This document shows positions 62,715-64,000 of a stretch of DNA of 64,000 nucleotides, one piece after another (position 1 is the first letter of the stretch; each line of letters begins with the position of its first letter). The position numbers and the translations under genes were made by a program. A model generated the notes under the pieces. The model saw only the letters and a program-made list of their open reading frames with translations. It ran no database searches and was not told the origin of the DNA. Origin of the DNA: Azolla caroliniana (Eukaryota; Plantae; Polypodiophyta); NCBI GenBank assembly GCA_043228905.1, contig JBHGNT010000010.1, positions 1,426,001-1,490,000 of the forward strand. The letters run 5' to 3'.

Positions 62715-64000
62715 TGAGAGGACTACACGCTCCCGATGAACAACGCACGGCCACAACAGAGCCTAGGATCAAACACAGAAAACAGGTAATGAACGCACGA
62801 CACGGTAAAAAGAAGAGTACACAAGATGTTAACATGGAAAACCCAAACTAGGGAAAAAACCACGGCAATCCACAGACTGCAAACTATCACTATATCACAA
62901 TGTACAATAGTAAAGCACCTAGGCAACGACCTCGAGCTTGCTATCTTCGCCACAGTTGGAGGTTACAACAGAGGCAACGACCTCTTCCTCTCTCTCTCTA
63001 TGTACACAGTTGCACTCAAATCTTGCACCAACAAGAATGACAACAACTCTATCACTAAGTTTTCCCTAAGTCATATTTATACTAATATGACTTTTCGGCT
63101 ATTTACAAATATAGCCCTGATGGACTCTCAGAAAACATATTTACGAATATGTCCCTTCATCCGGTGAGCACTTCTCACCGGGCCTTCACCATCCGGCTCT
63201 TGCCGGGTACTGAGTCTCGTCATCCGGTTCTCACCGGGTTTTCCGTAGCCAGGTACTCCACATCCGGTTCTTCCGACTTCCCATCCGGAGGAACCTGTTT
63301 CCTAACAAACTCCCCCTTCACTCCGGCATGGGATGTCTTACTAGTCTGATCCGCTTCCGACATGCATCCAGCTTGTTGGGTATCAGCAGTTTGGTCAGCA
63401 TATCTGACCCGTTCTCGTCCGTGTGGATCTTCGTCAGCGCGAACTCTCGATCTTCTACTCGCTCCCGAATCCAGTGGTACCTACGATGGATGTGCTTCGT
63501 CCTGGAATGGTACGCTGCGTTCTTAGCAAGGTGGATGGCACTTTGACTGTCGCAATAGAGCCGGTATTCATCTTGTCGGATACCAAACTCACCGATGAAG
63601 TCCTTCATCCATAATATTTCCATGCCGGCTTCCACAGCCGCCATGTACTCCGCCTCCGTGGTTGACAACGCAACCGTCTTCTGCAACCTCGACTACCATC
63701 AAACAACTCCCCCTGCATATGTCATTACATACCCGGATGTAGACCGACTGGTATCAACATCAGCCAACATGTCTGAATCGGTAAAACCGTCAAGTTGAGG
63801 TTTATCGAAGCCGAATCAGAGACACATATTCGAAGTGCCCTTCAGGTACCGGAGTATCCATTTGACCGCTTTCCAGTGTTCCTTGTCGGGATTGCTCATG
63901 AACCGGCTCACCACTCCGACTACATATCCAATATTCGGTCGAGTACACACCATTGCGTACATTAAGCTCCCGATGGCAGAGGCATATGGAACCTTCATCA
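62715..64000 (-). mobile_element. Copia-1-family element, 3' end (RT/RNase H, PPT, 3' LTR 62715-63307), running out of the window
   Basis: ORFs 63318-63686 and 63816-63998 are close homologues of 5161-6090. PPT at 63310-63319. LTR is homologous to 6101-6840. Confidence 0.93.

Noticed and set aside
62606-63307. Element with long terminal inverted repeats
   Set aside because: Better explained as a copia LTR nested in an oppositely oriented LTR of the same family.

Overview
Eukaryotic, repeat-dense land-plant DNA. It has spliceosomal introns, a pectate lyase-like gene and a PLS-type PPR remnant; a fern or other seed-free plant is my inference. Most of the window is nested transposable elements: Ty1/copia (1460-6840 decayed; 19852-25400 intact with apparently identical LTRs; 62715->end), a chromovirus-type Ty3/gypsy (41101-48120), an RTE-like LINE, an L1 LINE, a hAT-type element with an 8-bp TSD, and a two-LTR mini-element. 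The only clear host gene is the pectate lyase-like gene (~52434-53768, minus). The main discovery is a cut-and-paste DNA transposon present in two diverged copies. Copy A is complete (8395-17648) with 36-bp TIRs and a 4-bp TTCG TSD, and removing it restores the reading frame of the LINE it landed in. Copy B (~18301-39675) is broken by nested insertions. Each copy carries two head-to-head genes: a Sola-like DDD transposase, and a six-exon gene fusing a ParB/Srx-like domain to a prokaryote/phage-type beta-class amino (m6A/m4C) DNA methyltransferase (DIPY ... NPYQKP ... DLFSGTGTT). Intron 1 of that gene holds a helically phased array of the palindrome AACTCGATAC-N3-GTATCGAGTT; the core is shared by both copies while the spacers are not. 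Both copies are now pseudogenised, but the mostly synonymous differences between them suggest the methyltransferase was functional while the family was active.
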